Below are positions 27,342 through 40,599 of a stretch of 64,000 nt of DNA, piece after piece (positions within the stretch are counted from its first letter, which is position 1; every line of letters begins with the position of its first letter). The stretch comes from Octopus vulgaris. Its lineage: Eukaryota. The stretch lies in NCBI GenBank assembly GCA_951406725.2, contig OX597818.1, forward strand, positions 97,836,001 through 97,900,000, in the 5' to 3' direction. A program made the translations under genes and the position numbers. Below the pieces are notes generated by a model that searched no databases, was not told the DNA's origin, and saw only the letters and a list, made by a program, of their open reading frames with translations.

Positions 27342-27808
27342 GCGTTCCGCTAATTTGGGCCCAATGCAAGTTTAATGACAATTTGATGCGGTGCAATTGC
27401 CGCGATCTGTAGTAGCCTACAACCCTTCATGCCCCCAGCACCCAATCTTAAGACCGATTTAGCCTGACGGTGCTATCCCTACCAACTACGCCTGGTTTAT
27501 CATAAAGGCAAATTGCGTTTTATGGGGAGAGAGAGAAGGCAAATGCCAACCTATATGTTAATAAAAGGGAATGCATAATTTTGTAAGAAGTTTGGTAGAG
27601 GCAGAAATCTGGTGAGAGGGATGTAGAGAAAGTGAAGGATAAGAGAGAAGAGGAGAGAAAGGATGAGAGAAAGAGAGAAGGAGTGAGGGAGTGAGGGGGA
27701 GGGTAGTGGAAAGAAAGAGATAAAGACGAAGAGAGTCGGAACAGAGAAATGAAGTGATATATAGAGTCAAAAAGTCACAAATAGATGAAAACAAATAAAC
27801 AGATAATT

Positions 27809-27960
<152 letters not shown>

Positions 27961-28036
27961 TCAGACAGACAGAGAGATAGATTGATTGATTGATAGATAT
28001 GTTGATGTATGGAGAGACAGATAGCTAGATATGTAT

Positions 28037-28122
<86 letters not shown>

Positions 28123-28799
28123 CTATGAAGAGACTGATAGAGCGATAGATGAATATATTCATAGAGCGACAGAAGCATAGAAAGATCGATTCGAAGATAC
28201 ATAACTAGATAAATAGATGGATATATAGAGAAATAGGCATGGATCTTCACACGTGCGTAAATGGAAAAGGAAAGATAAATGTGTGTAGACAGTTATTAGT
28301 GAGTGGCGGTGGTGGTGGGACCCCGGAAAATACGCAAATAAATTCAGTGGATGCAGGTGGAAATTACAAATGAAATGAAAAATTTGGGTGTCGCTAAATA
28401 GTAAGTGCATGTGATAACAACAACAACAACAGCAACAACAATAATGGTTTCTTTTATTTGTCACAGGGGCATAGATGAGTGGGACATCACAAAGACAGAC
28501 TGCACTTCGTGTGTCGGTGGAGGGGGTTACATAAAAGAGAAGGGGAAAGAAAGGGAAAAGATCGGAGAAATAAAATAAAAGTAAGCGTTGTGTACAAAAT
28601 GTGTGAACACGTGACTGATGCAGAGAAACTTCAACGAGGGTCAATCAAGGAAACTCACAGATCCCAGGTTACTCTGGCGACAATTGATATGAACCCTCGC
28701 CCAACGGTTGTTCTCTAGTCTATCAGCGCATGCATTTTATTACATAATAATGATAATAATAATAATAATAATCCTTTCTACTATATGCACAAAGCCTAA

Positions 28800-29335
28800 A
28801 AAGGGAGGGGACTAGTCGGTTACATCGACCCCAGGGCTTATTTGACACTTATTTCATCGACCCCAAAAGGATGAAAGGCAAAGTCAAGCTCGGCGGAATT
28901 GGAACTCAGAACATAAAGACGGAAGAAATGCCTATTTCTTTACTACCCACCAGGGGCTAAACACAGAGGGGACAAACAATGCCAGACAAACGGATTAAGC
29001 CGATTATATCGACCCCAGTGCGTAACTGGTACTTATTTAATCGACCCCGGAAGGATGAAAGGCAAAGTTGACCTCGGCTGAATTTGAACTCAACGTAACG
29101 GCAGACGAAATACCTATTTCTTTATTATCTACAAGGAGCTAAACACAGGGAGGACAAACAAGGACAGACAAAGGGATTAAGTCGATTATATCGACCCCAG
29201 TGCGTCACTGGTACTTATTTAATCGACCCGGAAGGATGAAAGGCAAAGTCGACCTCGGCGGAATTTGAACTCAGAACGAAATACCGCTGAGCATTTCGTC
29301 CGGCGTGCTAACGATTCTGCCAGTCCACTACCTTA
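28800..29335 (-). mobile_element. tRNA-derived SINE family B, multimeric (three core repeats)
   Basis: Three recurrences of ggatgaaaggcaaagt(c/t)...ctcggc(g/t)gaatt(t/g)gaactca. Confidence 0.8.
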
Positions 29336-29655
29336 CTAATGGTTTCAAATTATGGAACAATTTCGGGGGAGGGGTAGAACCAATTACCTGCGTCATCTTC
29401 GCCACATTTTTCACCCAGCTTCCAACAAATTTACTGGGCTGAGTGAAGGATGGGAGGCAGCATATCTCTCTCAACTCCCACCTTCCTCTTCGAATAAAAT
29501 TTTAAAGTGTCGATGATGTTTTGGCCAAAGATGAAAGTCTTCAGCCGTTTTAGTCTCGTTCACCGTGCATCGCAACTATTATGAACTATTATGAAGTTAC
29601 AGACACTTATATATGTTCTTTTGTTGATGTTGTTTTCTTTTCATTATGATGTATA

Positions 29656-30039
29656 GTGGAGGCGCAATGGCCCAGTGGTTAGGGCAGCGGACTCGCGGTC
29701 ATAGGATCGCGGTTTCGATTCCCAGACCGGGCGTTGTGAGTGTTTATTGAGCGAAAACACCTAAAGCTCCACGAGGCTCCGGCAGGGGATGGTGGTGATC
29801 CCTGCTGTACTCTTTCACCACAACTTTCTCTCACTCTTACTTCCTGTTTCTGTTGTACCTGTATTTCAAAAGGCCGGCCTTATCACTCTCTGTGTCACGC
29901 TGAATATCCCCGAGAACTACGTTAAGGGTACACGTGTCTGTGGAGTGCTCAGCCACTTACACGTTAATTTCACGAGCAGGCTGTTCCGTTGATTCGGATC
30001 AACCGGAACCCTCGTCGTCGTAACCGACGGAGTGCTTCC
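29656..30039 (+). mobile_element. tRNA-derived SINE family C with 10-bp TSD
   Basis: gtggaggcgcaatggcccagtggttagggc (A box), ggtttcgattccc (B box). Flanked by atgatgtata at 29646-29655 and 30040-30049. Partial copy at about 35782-35975. Confidence 0.85.
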
Positions 30040-30052
30040 ATGATGTATAAGT

Positions 30053-30620
30053 AAGGCGGTGAGTTGGCAGGAACATTAGCAGGCCGGGCGAAATACTTAG
30101 CAATATTTCGTCTGTCTTTACGTTATGAGTTCGACTTTGCCTTTCATCCTTTCGGGGTCGATAAATTAAGTACCAGTTGCGTACTGGAGTCGATCTAATC
30201 GACTGGCTCTATTCCCCCAAATTTCGTGCCTTGTATCTAGCGTAGAAAAGAATCAAAGGCGGCGAGCTGGCAGAAACGTTAGCACGCCGGGCGAAATGCT
30301 TTGCGGTATTTCGTCTGCGTTACGTTGTGAGTTCAAATTCCGCCGAGATCGACTTTGCCTTTCATCCTTTCGGGGTCGATAAATTAAGTGCCAGTTACGC
30401 ACTGGGGTCGATGTAATCGACGTAATACCTATGTCTGTCCTTGTTTGTCCCCTCTGTGTTTAGCCCCTTGTGGGTAATAAAGAAATAGGTATTTCGTCTG
30501 TCACTACGTTCTGAGTTCAAATTCCGTCGAGGTCGACTTTGCCTTTCATCCTTTCGGGGTCGATTAAATAAGTACCAGTTACGCACTGAGGTCGATATAA
30601 TTGACTTAATCCCTTTGTTT
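30053..30620 (+). mobile_element. SINE family B copies (monomer plus dimer)
   Basis: aaggcggcgagctggcagaaacgttagcacg...gagttcaaattcc...gactttgcctttcatcctttcggggtcgat. Confidence 0.8.
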
Positions 30621-30813
30621 TCTCTCCTTTCTCTTCATCCTTTCGTTTATATTGCATGCTCTTGTTTTTCACTCTGATGAAGATCTGTTGCTTTAATTCG
30701 AATGACGTATGAAGATGAAGAATTTTATTCTCGCATTTATGTATAAACTGCATTCTAGTAATCTGATTAGAAACGGTTGTAAGATTTGTTTTGTCATACT
30801 TTGTATTAATAAA

Positions 30814-31336
30814 TCTCTCTCTATATAAACGGCAGTTTGTCTGTCTGTGTGTCTGTGTGTCTGTCAGGTTGTACCCTCACCCTGAACATGGCTTTCAACC
30901 GATTCTGATGAAACTTGACACACACATAGCCCAATGTCATAATTCAAAACTAACGCAGCGAAAATTTTGAAAAGTTCCCCCAGTTCTGAAACAAATTGAT
31001 AAATTCGACATGGGGTCGAGAATCTAAGCTTTTTATTTGCAACACATTTTCTGTTGTAGTTTTCGCAACTTGCAATCGATTTTCACCAAACTCATGGTGA
31101 AGCTTAATGTTACCCTAAGAAACTTAATTATGACGTTAGTTTTCCATGCAATACTTTACCATCAGAAAAAATCGATAAAATCATGCCATTTTGGGAAATC
31201 GCGTTCAAATTCAAGATGACATATTTTCGACAATATCTTTCACAAATTGGCAGGAATTTTTTTTAAATTCACAGCGAGCATCATGTCTACTCCAGGGGCT
31301 CTTACATACCCGGGCAATGCCGGGCTATGCTGCTAG
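30814..31336 (+). mobile_element. Non-autonomous Helitron
   Basis: A|TC start, cccgggcaatgccggg hairpin and CTAG|T end. Shares its 5' region with 7679-8062. Confidence 0.8.
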
Positions 31337-31434
31337 TAAGCTATAAATGCGGTCCAATCGATGTGTTGGTTAATCTGTGGCTTTCTCCATTTTCTAATTA
31401 CTTGCATTATATATATATATATATATATATATGC

Positions 31435-31506
<72 letters not shown>

Positions 31507-31568
31507 ACATATATACATATATATATATATATACATATATATGCATACATACATATACATACATATAT

Positions 31569-31625
<57 letters not shown>

Positions 31626-32113
31626 TATATAAATATATATCTGTATGTAGTTGTGTGTGTATCTCTCGCTTGTCAACAAATGTTGGTGTGTTTACGTCCC
31701 CGTAACATAGCGGTTCGGCAAAAGAGACCGATAGAATAAGTACTAAGCTTACGAAGACTAAGTTCTGGGGTCGATTTGTTCGACTAAAGGCGGTGCTCCA
31801 GCATGGCTGCAGTCAAACGACTGAAACAAGTAAAACAATAAAAGATTAAAAGAATATAAACGATGGGTTGATGAAGCATGACAAGCGTTTGGAACTTCTG
31901 GATAGGAAGGCACGATCCAGAGAGGAATGGACGGCATGCTGTAATTAACGGTGTCGAAACGACTTCCGATTTCTTGTCGGTCAAGGTGATATATATGTAT
32001 GTATATATATATATAACGGGAAGCTTTATGAAAATAAACAAAAGACGAAGGCAGGTGGAATACAAACAAACAATTGTATTAGCATGGCGCTCAGGAATAT
32101 AAATAAAACAAGT

Positions 32114-32149
32114 CTTTTACGTTTCGAACCTACGCTCTTCAACAGAAAG
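32114..32149 (-). ncRNA. Minimal hammerhead-like motif, CUGUUGA core
   Basis: cttt-ctgttga-a-gag(cgtagg)ttc-gaaa-cg-ta-aaag, within a (TA)n-abutting element at about 32015-32218. Confidence 0.5.
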
Positions 32150-32217
32150 ATACAGAGAAAAGAAACACGGAGAGAAACAAGGAGAGAAAAAAAATGCGTG
32201 CAGAAGCTAGCGAATCA

Positions 32218-32278
<61 letters not shown>

Positions 32279-32357
32279 TAAAATTCAGTTGAATTGGGTA
32301 CTTTTGTTTTATATATATATAAATGGAGTTTAACGCAGGTATAATTCAAATACTTTT

Positions 32358-32445
32358 ACTTCCGATACGTGTTTCGAAGATTTCACTGGAATTATTCCAA
32401 AGGAATAAATGGTGTAAAACAATTTAATCTTCTCTTCAGGGAAGT
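32358..32445 (-). ncRNA. Type-I hammerhead motif with long stem II
   Basis: acttcc-ctgaaga-gaagatt...aatcttc-gaaa-cacgta-tc-ggaagt. Confidence 0.65.
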
Positions 32446-32726
32446 GAAGAAATGAAACTCGTCAATAAGACATTTTAACAGGAAATGATGGATATGTATA
32501 GTGATTAACTGAACGCTATTAATATTGTTTGAAAAAACGTTATACGATACCTGCGTTAAACGCCATTTATTTATTTATATATTATACAAAAAATTCCACG
32601 TAAACCCGAAGCTGCTACCTTTATAAACAAGGAGGTACAACCTCTTTACTTGTGTGATTTTTTGCTACCCTGGTAACTATTTATCTATTTTTTCCGTGTT
32701 ATTTGTTAACAAGGGTAAAATACACT

Positions 32727-32790
<64 letters not shown>

Positions 32791-32795
<5 letters not shown>

Positions 32796-32920
32796 TTTAT
32801 AGAAGGAGCTTCTACAGGACTAGAACTGTTTCATTCAAAAGAAATCATCAGGAAGCTTCCTGATGATTTCTTTTGAATGAAACAGTTCTAGTCCTGTAGA
32901 AGCTCCTTGTATAAAATAAA
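32791..32920. repeat. 130-bp palindrome (one mismatch), no spacer, centre aagctt
   Basis: tttattttatagaaggagcttc...ggaagcttcc...gaagctccttgtataaaataaa. Confidence 0.95.
32854..32904 (+). ncRNA. Canonical-core type-I hammerhead ribozyme (mirror copy on the minus strand, 32807-32857)
   Basis: agcttc-CTGATGA-t-ttc(tttt)gaa-t-GAAA-cag(ttctagtc)ctg-TA-gaagct. Predicted GUA cleavage triplet. Confidence 0.75.
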
Positions 32921-32984
32921 TTAATTTACTCTGCTATGTATTGAGTACCTTATTTACTGTGGTTAACCCCGACTCAACCCGGGA

Positions 32985-33113
<129 letters not shown>

Positions 33114-33283
33114 CTGAAGGATTAAAATCAATCAAAGGACATACTATGTATGTCTACCTGCTGGAAATAACAGTGAAAACTCTTATTTAAATTACCAAAG
33201 CTACACTGATATTAATTACAGAAATCAACCGCCCGAAGTCAAACGGGTAATACAATCTCTCGTGAATTATTTGCTCCGTATTG

Positions 33284-33361
<78 letters not shown>

Positions 33362-33458
33362 CGGGAAGCTTTATGAAAATAAACAAAAGACGAAGGGAGG
33401 TGGAATACAAACAAACAATTGTATTAGTATGGCGCTCAGGAATATAAATAAAACAAGT

Positions 33459-33494
33459 GTTTTACGTTTCGAGCCTACGCTCTTCAACAGAAAG
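33459..33494 (-). ncRNA. Minimal hammerhead-like motif, CUGUUGA core
   Basis: Same family as 32114, within an element at 33361-33500 that abuts (TA)n. Confidence 0.5.
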
Positions 33495-33500
33495 ATACAC

Positions 33501-33573
<73 letters not shown>

Positions 33574-33693
33574 GATAGATAGATACACAAACACACACGC
33601 ATACACACACGCACACACACATATATATATACATTGCATGTATGTTTGTATATTTGTATCTGAATGTTTGTAGCTGTGTTTGTGTGTACATGA

Positions 33694-33737
<44 letters not shown>

Positions 33738-34359
33738 GCACACGCTTCCACGATTACCATCATATCTTACATCTTTTAACATCAACTCCTTCTTCTAGTA
33801 GATTGATTTTTTCGTCACGGTGACACCCTTCCAAGAAGCAGAATAACACCCATTTCTTTCTTTATCATTTAATTACAACCCACCTCTCTCATTCTCTCTC
33901 TCTTTCTATCTCAGCTCTCCCATCACTACGTTTTCATTCCCTTCTCCATTTCTGTTTGTTATTCCTTTGCTCGTCTATCTTAATCGTTTAACTCAACCTC
34001 GCTTTCTCTTTCACTCTCATTTCTATGTATTTTCGTTTATAATTTATTTATTTCTCCGTTCTTATTACGATTAGCATACCCTGATCAACTTTGAATAATT
34101 CAAACATTTATAATCAGAATTTAATGACATTTTATTTAATTATTTTTTTTATTTTCTATTTTTTATTCGTTCATTTTTTTTTTATGGCTTTCTCTTTTAT
34201 ATCAACTCCCAATAAAACTGTCGCCGCCATTGCATATCGCCATAGAAATAGACGGTCGTGTTTCTTTTAACAAGAACGCCACCAGTAGCAATGACTGGGC
34301 AACGACCTAAATAGCAGGGGCTCTACATAGATACTCAACCTAATAGAAATAATAGCTAA

Positions 34360-34597
34360 GGCGGTGAACTGGCAGAAACGTTAGCGCGCCGGGCAAAATG
34401 CTTAGCAGTATTTTGTCTGCCGTTACGCTCTGAGATCAAATTCCGCCGAGGTCGACTTTGCCTTTGATCCTTTCGGGGTCGATAAATTAAGTACCATTTA
34501 TTACGCACTGTGGTCCATGTAATCGACTTAATCCGTTTGTCTGTCCTTGTTTGTCTTCTCTGTGTTTAGCCCCTTGTGGGCAATAAAAAAATAAGAA
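34360..34597 (+). mobile_element. SINE family B monomer
   Basis: ggcggtgaactggcagaaacgttagc...gccccttgtgggcaataaa. Confidence 0.8.
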
Positions 34598-34829
34598 ATA
34601 ACGGCCAAATATCCTTAAATGTCTTAAAAATTGTGAAGGGCGCATGTGGGTGATCCAGATAATATTAATCCTTAAACAAAGACATGTTTGATCACGGATT
34701 TTCTAATGGGTGTGCTTAGTCAGGACTGATCTGGCGTTAAACAACAAAACGAAGTAACAACAAAAACAACAGCAACAGAGTCAACAAGGGTATCTCAAGA
34801 AATAGACAAATTCCTCTCGTCGTTTCATA

Positions 34830-35597
34830 TATAGGACGTTGCACAATGAATAATATTTACTGCATTTTTACTTTTGAAAAGAAATATATTTTTTTACAAA
34901 TGCTCACTACCTTACAAAATCTGTACAAAATTCTTTATAAATGTCTTAAAAACACTATTATATATTCAGAATACTATTGCAGAAAATTACCTCCGTTCTC
35001 TTTGCGCATACGAATGACAAATTTTGGCGGGGCAAAATGATTATGACAAAATAAGGTAAATTTGCATTTTAATTCTCAAGAATTACATTTGAAAAAAACT
35101 CACACACATCAAAATCCATTCTTAAACATTAAGAAGATAAGAAATGCAGTAAAAGAATAAAAAAAAACCTTGGGTCAATGAAAGAGGATCGTAGAAAAAT
35201 AGCACCCCAGCAGATTGTATATATACACACACACACCCTTCAGTCATAGAAAATGAATTATTACAATTAGTCATTACTTATTTTGCCCCGCTTTTGACAT
35301 TTTTTTGAAAATTGAAAATTATTTTAAAAGTTGACTTGGAATCCAACAGAGAAAAGAATTTTGATTGTTAAACACCAAATATTTTTATTAGCAGCTTCAA
35401 TTAAAATCGGATCAAAATTGATGAAAGGTTCCTTGGAAACTCTCAACTCCAGTACAATTATGCTGACCAATTTTTACTCCCTTAAAATGATGCAACAGTA
35501 CGAGATGGTGATGTAATGCTTGCAATGTAATGGTTTCAAACAGGTAGGGAGTATTTAACAAAATACAAGAAATTACTTATTTTGCTCCAGTCCTATA
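34830..35597. mobile_element. Probable DNA-transposon (MITE) remnant
   Basis: Ends tataggacgttgcacaatgaataat and attacttattttgctccagtcctata are degenerate inverted copies. Internal inverted motifs gcggggcaaaat and attttgccccgc. Confidence 0.4.
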
Positions 35598-36794
35598 AGT
35601 GGATAGTATGTAGATAAGGAAACGTTTAAGAAAGATAACGAAGACGAGTTGGTTATGGCTGGAACATATTTGATCGTAGCTTTACTCACTCAGATATTAC
35701 GTCAGGATAAACAACTGTAACAAAAAAGCAACAACAGCAGCTGCAGCAGTAGCAACAACAACAATTACAGCAACAACAGGAGTGGAGACACAATGGCCCA
35801 GTGGTTAGGGCAGCGGATTCGTGGTCATAAGAACGCGGTTTCGATTCCCAGACCGGGTATTGTGAGTGTTTATTGAGCAAAAACACCTAAGCTCCACGAG
35901 GCTCCGGCGGGGAGGGGGGGCGGTAAACCTCGCTGTACTCTTTCATCACAACTTTCTCTCACTCTTCCTACTTCTGTCACAAAGCAGAGGAGCCATGGTG
36001 TAACCCACTATGGTGTGGTAAACTTTCAGACCCTAGTCTAGATTGCGAATCCTCTGTACCCCAGGATAGTTCAGCTCTCCACCCGTTAAAAGCCACCGTT
36101 TACGGAATGAGGATAACAACGTAGCTTTCGCGGCCGTGCATCCGCCAGTCTATCGCGTGTGGTGGGTGATCTTCAAGTTGCCGCACGCATTCTTAGTAGC
36201 TTAGAGTAGGCTCGAATTAGAGATTATTCTTTGTGGTTAATGGCGTGAGTTCTGATTAGAAGAAGAAGAAGAAGAAGAAGAAGAAGAAGAAGAAGAAGAA
36301 GAAGAAGAAGAAGAAGAACCAACAATAGGAGAGCAAAGAGAGATGTAAGGAAAAAACTGTACACCCAGCAAAGAGATATCACTGCCGTTGTTGCTGTTGG
36401 TGTTGGTGTTTAGCTCCTGTCCACCACTAGATATATCATCAAACATACTCTATCCAGGAACATCCCGTCTATTTGAAAATGAGACAATTTTTTTTATTAA
36501 CAGTAGGGTATGTCTGAAGAAATTTAGCTACTTGTTCATAGAGATAGGTGCTTCATCGTTGGTTCTAATGCTTCTTCGTGAATCGGCCGTCTATGTGGAC
36601 TTCCGATATGTTGAAAGTAGCAGCTAGGTCTTCTCCAAAATGCACCTTACTGCTTTTAGAATAAAGAGTGATCCATTGTAATACGTTGCTCTTGAAATAT
36701 TGTGTCTGAAATCACAACGTGATGGCAGCGATTGGAGAGCTTTTGCTTGCAGGTCTACTCCGATCAGAAGGAAACTCGAACAAAATAAAAATGC

Positions 36795-36795
36795 A

Positions 36796-36826
<31 letters not shown>

Positions 36827-37135
36827 AATTCGACGATGGCGACAACGGCGACGACAACGACGAAGACGGTGAGGACAACGACGACGACGAACACCATCGC
36901 CACCACCACCACCGCCGCTGCCACAACCACAGCCGCCGCCGTCTTCGTCGACACCACCACCAACATCACCACTGCCGCCGCCGCCACCGCCGCCGCGACC
37001 GCCGCCGCGACCGCCGCCGCGACCGCCGCCGCGACCGCCGCCGCGACCGCCGCCGCGACCGCCGCCGCGACCGCCGCCGCGACCGCCGCCGCGACCGCCG
37101 CCGCGACCGCCGCCGCGACCGCCGCCGCGACCGCC

Positions 37136-37183
<48 letters not shown>

Positions 37184-37330
37184 GCCGCCACCGCCGCCAC
37201 CGCCGCCACAGCCGCCACCGCCGCCACCGCCGCCGCCACCGCCGCCACCGCCGCCGCCGCTACCACCACCACCACCACCACCACCACCACCACCACCACC
37301 ACCACCGCCACCACCAGTACGACGACGACA
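36795..37330. repeat. GC-rich (GCC)n/(ACC)n repeat with a 12-bp ccgccgccgcga minisatellite
   Basis: Direct inspection; about 12 ccgccgccgcga units at 36987-37130. Confidence 0.95.
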
Positions 37331-38395
37331 TCGGCAACTACGAGAAAAATAAGGATATCTACCAATAAATAGCACGTGGCCACAGAGTTTGGCGGGAGGG
37401 CAAAAAGCCCATTAAATCGTCCTCAGTATTTGACTGTTATATTATTGTATTATACTTTGAAATGCTTCATCACTACATAACACATTCAAACACTGAAACG
37501 TTACTCGTATACTCAGTCAAATTGGATCATTATCATTCATGATCATGAATAAATTAATTTGACATTTTTATATTACGTAACAACGGCACTCATATAAATG
37601 CATACAATCATACACACATATATATGTGTATGTGTGCGTTTATGTGTGTGTGTGTGTGTGTGAGTGTGTGTGCATATATGCATATATACGTATTTCTTTT
37701 CCTCGTGTAAAATGCATTAAAATACTTTTAAAATAGGGAAGATCATGAATTTGTTACAGTATAAACCACTACCCTTCCCTCATTCTGCAACAGAACCTCT
37801 CTTGTGTCATAAAAGAAACATAAGAAAACGTGGCTTTTTCCCTGGCCGTCACTGCTTCAACATATATGAGCACACAAACACACACACACACGCACACACA
37901 CACACACACACTCACACAATGGAGCGCACACGTATGCGTGTGTATATGTGCTTGTATTTGTGTACATATGTGTATATATATATTTTTTTTTATATATAGG
38001 TACATAAATATATGTACATAGGGATAGGAGTGGCTGTGTGGTAAGTAGCTTGTTTACCAACCACATAGTTCCGGGTTCAGTCCCACTTGTGAGTGAATTT
38101 GGTAGACGGAAACTGAAAGAAGATATATATTTATAAATATATGTACATACATGTATATATGATATATATATTCTTTTTTTTTCTTTTATTCTTTTACTTG
38201 CTTCAGTCATTTGGCTGCGGCCACGCTGAAGCAACGCCTTTAGTCGAACAAATCGACCCCAGGATTTATTCTTTGTAAGCCTAGTACATAATCTATCGAT
38301 CTCTTTTGCCAAACCACTAGTTACGCAGACGTAAACACATGAATATCGGTTGTGAAGCAATGATGGGGTACAAATACAGACACGCAAATACATAC

Positions 38396-38426
<31 letters not shown>

Positions 38427-38462
38427 CATACATACATACATACATACATACATACATACATA

Positions 38463-38705
38463 CATACATACATGGTGGTTGCCCCCTCGTTATCGGGTAT
38501 GGCCATTGCACGAGGCTTAATCAATGTTGTTATCGTGCAGTGCCTGTGCAAGAAGCATTTTTTAAAGTGAGGAAAGGCTGTGCACTGAGTCAATCCCACT
38601 CACTAAGCAACATCAGCCATAATCCGAAAAGAAGAACAAGTCAACATCATCGGTAACCACTGAACCGCAGGTTTTATTTCGGAGTTATCCCAGTTACCTG
38701 AGTTA
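38463..38705 (-). mobile_element. 3' part of the RTE-like element seen at 16313-16850
   Basis: (taca)n-tggtggttgccccctcgttatcg...aacatcatcggtaaccactga, reverse complement of the 16630-16850 region. Confidence 0.7.
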
Positions 38706-39033
38706 TTTTTATTCCTCCACCTCACTCTCTATATCTTATCTAAATTAACTATTGCTTAACCATTTTCTCAGACTGTCTCCGATGAAGAGATATAAAAAAT
38801 ACCCCGGAAACAGCTGTAAGACCTATTTATAAATGTTCTAAAATCTTCACAGCCTTGGATTTGTATCTCATTCTGAAAAAAAAATGTATGTATACACATG
38901 CTGATATATGACCTACGTTGAACTCCTTATTCGCATAATCACCGGCCCTGGAGCTTAACTATGGTCTGTCCATAGCACTTGCTCAGCATTACCTGACACC
39001 TCTGGGTCTTATTGACACCATTACTTCTCATAA

Positions 39034-39037
<4 letters not shown>
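38706..39037 (+). mobile_element. Family P1 copy with HHR fold at 38775-38822
   Basis: gtct-ccgatga-a-gagata(taaaaaa)tacccc-g-gaaa-cagctg-ta-agac followed by the P1 3' segment. Confidence 0.65.
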
Positions 39038-39089
<52 letters not shown>

Positions 39090-39097
39090 CATATACA

Positions 39098-39138
<41 letters not shown>

Positions 39139-39505
39139 GTTTGTTCCTTCTCGAGCCATGCCTGGCTCATAATGGCCGGTTTCCCAGTTTCCTTGGTGTA
39201 TAGGTTCCCCACCTGGATGGGATGCCGGTTCGTCGCAGGTGAGCTGCAAGATGCAGGAGGAAAGAGTGAGGGAAAGAGTGAGGGAAAGTATGTGTTTCGC
39301 TCATAAACACATACATCGCCCGGTCTGAGATTCGAACCCGCGAGTCGGCTGCTCTAACCACTAGGCCATGTGCCTCCACACATACTCACACACGCACACA
39401 CACAAACACACACACATTCATATATATATGTATGTATGCAATAATTATACACGCACACACACATACGCACACGCATATACATACATACATACATACATAC
39501 ATACA

Positions 39506-39539
<34 letters not shown>

Positions 39540-40417
39540 CATGGATACATACATAATTGCATGATTAAAATATAGGGGTAGAAAGTAACGGGAGAAACAT
39601 ATTTTCAAGTAAACCATTCGGGCAGGAAATAGACCCATATTTTTTAATTTCCGGTCGAATGAACTTCGCTGTTAATCTATTGTTTAGTAAAAGTTTAGTC
39701 GATTCGATTGTAACCTAGAAGCTTTACTGGTACCAGTTAATATTTCATTGATATATAGTTAAAAAAAGAAAAAGAGAGAAAATATAGATGAATAATACGA
39801 AAAAACAATGATTATGATATATCTTGCAAACGACAATTTCAATATGTCCACCGAGTTCTCTGATAATGCAGATTCATGAGAAGTTATATTTGAGAATAAC
39901 GCTCAGGTTTGTTGAGTGGCGAGGACAAAAGGAGGAAATGTAAAATAGATTTTATTTATTCATTTATTTATTCGTTATTTGATTTTTATTTACTTATTTT
40001 TTTTTTTATTCAATTGTTATTGTTGATATGAAAGGAATGAAATCGATAACGGTCTGGAAATAAAGCCAAACTAAAGGAGAGATAATAAAAAAAGAACAGA
40101 AATGTAAGAAAGGAGAAAAGGCGATGAAAGAATATAATGGAAGAAAGAACAAAGAAAAACAAAGAAGCTAGTAAAGAAAAATATAAAAATAAACAGGGAA
40201 AGAAAAGAGAGAGGAGACAGGAAGGAAGAAATAAATTATAGATAACTAGGAGCGGCTGCGTTGTCAGAAGCTTGCTTCCCAACCACATGGTTCCGGGTTC
40301 AATCCCATTGCGTGAAATCTTGGGCAAGTGTCTTCTATTATAGCCTCGGGCTAACCAAAGCCTTGTGAGTAGATTTGGTAGACCGAAACTGAAAGAAGTT
40401 CGTCGTATATATGTATG

Positions 40418-40462
<45 letters not shown>

Positions 40463-40563
40463 GGAAAGTTTACGAGAATAAACAAAAGACGAAGGCAGGT
40501 GGAGTACAAACAAACAAATGTATTAGATTAGTATATCGCTCAGGAATAGAAATAGAAAAAAGT

Positions 40564-40599
40564 ATTTTACGTTTCGAGCCTACGCTCTTCGACAGAAAG
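40564..40599 (-). ncRNA. Minimal hammerhead-like motif, CUGUCGA core
   Basis: ttt-ctgtcga-a-gag(cgtagg)ctc-gaaa-cg-ta-aaa. Element about 40460-40668 flanked by (TA)n on both sides. Confidence 0.5.

Noticed and set aside
29656-29730. tRNA gene candidates (also 1216-1140 and family A and B heads)
   Set aside because: A and B boxes continue into SINE bodies with TSDs and multiple copies; no convincing complete cloverleaf.
36700-37383. Overlapping 200+ aa ORFs (poly-Ala/Gly/Arg/His)
   Set aside because: Consequence of GC-rich triplet repeats open in most frames.
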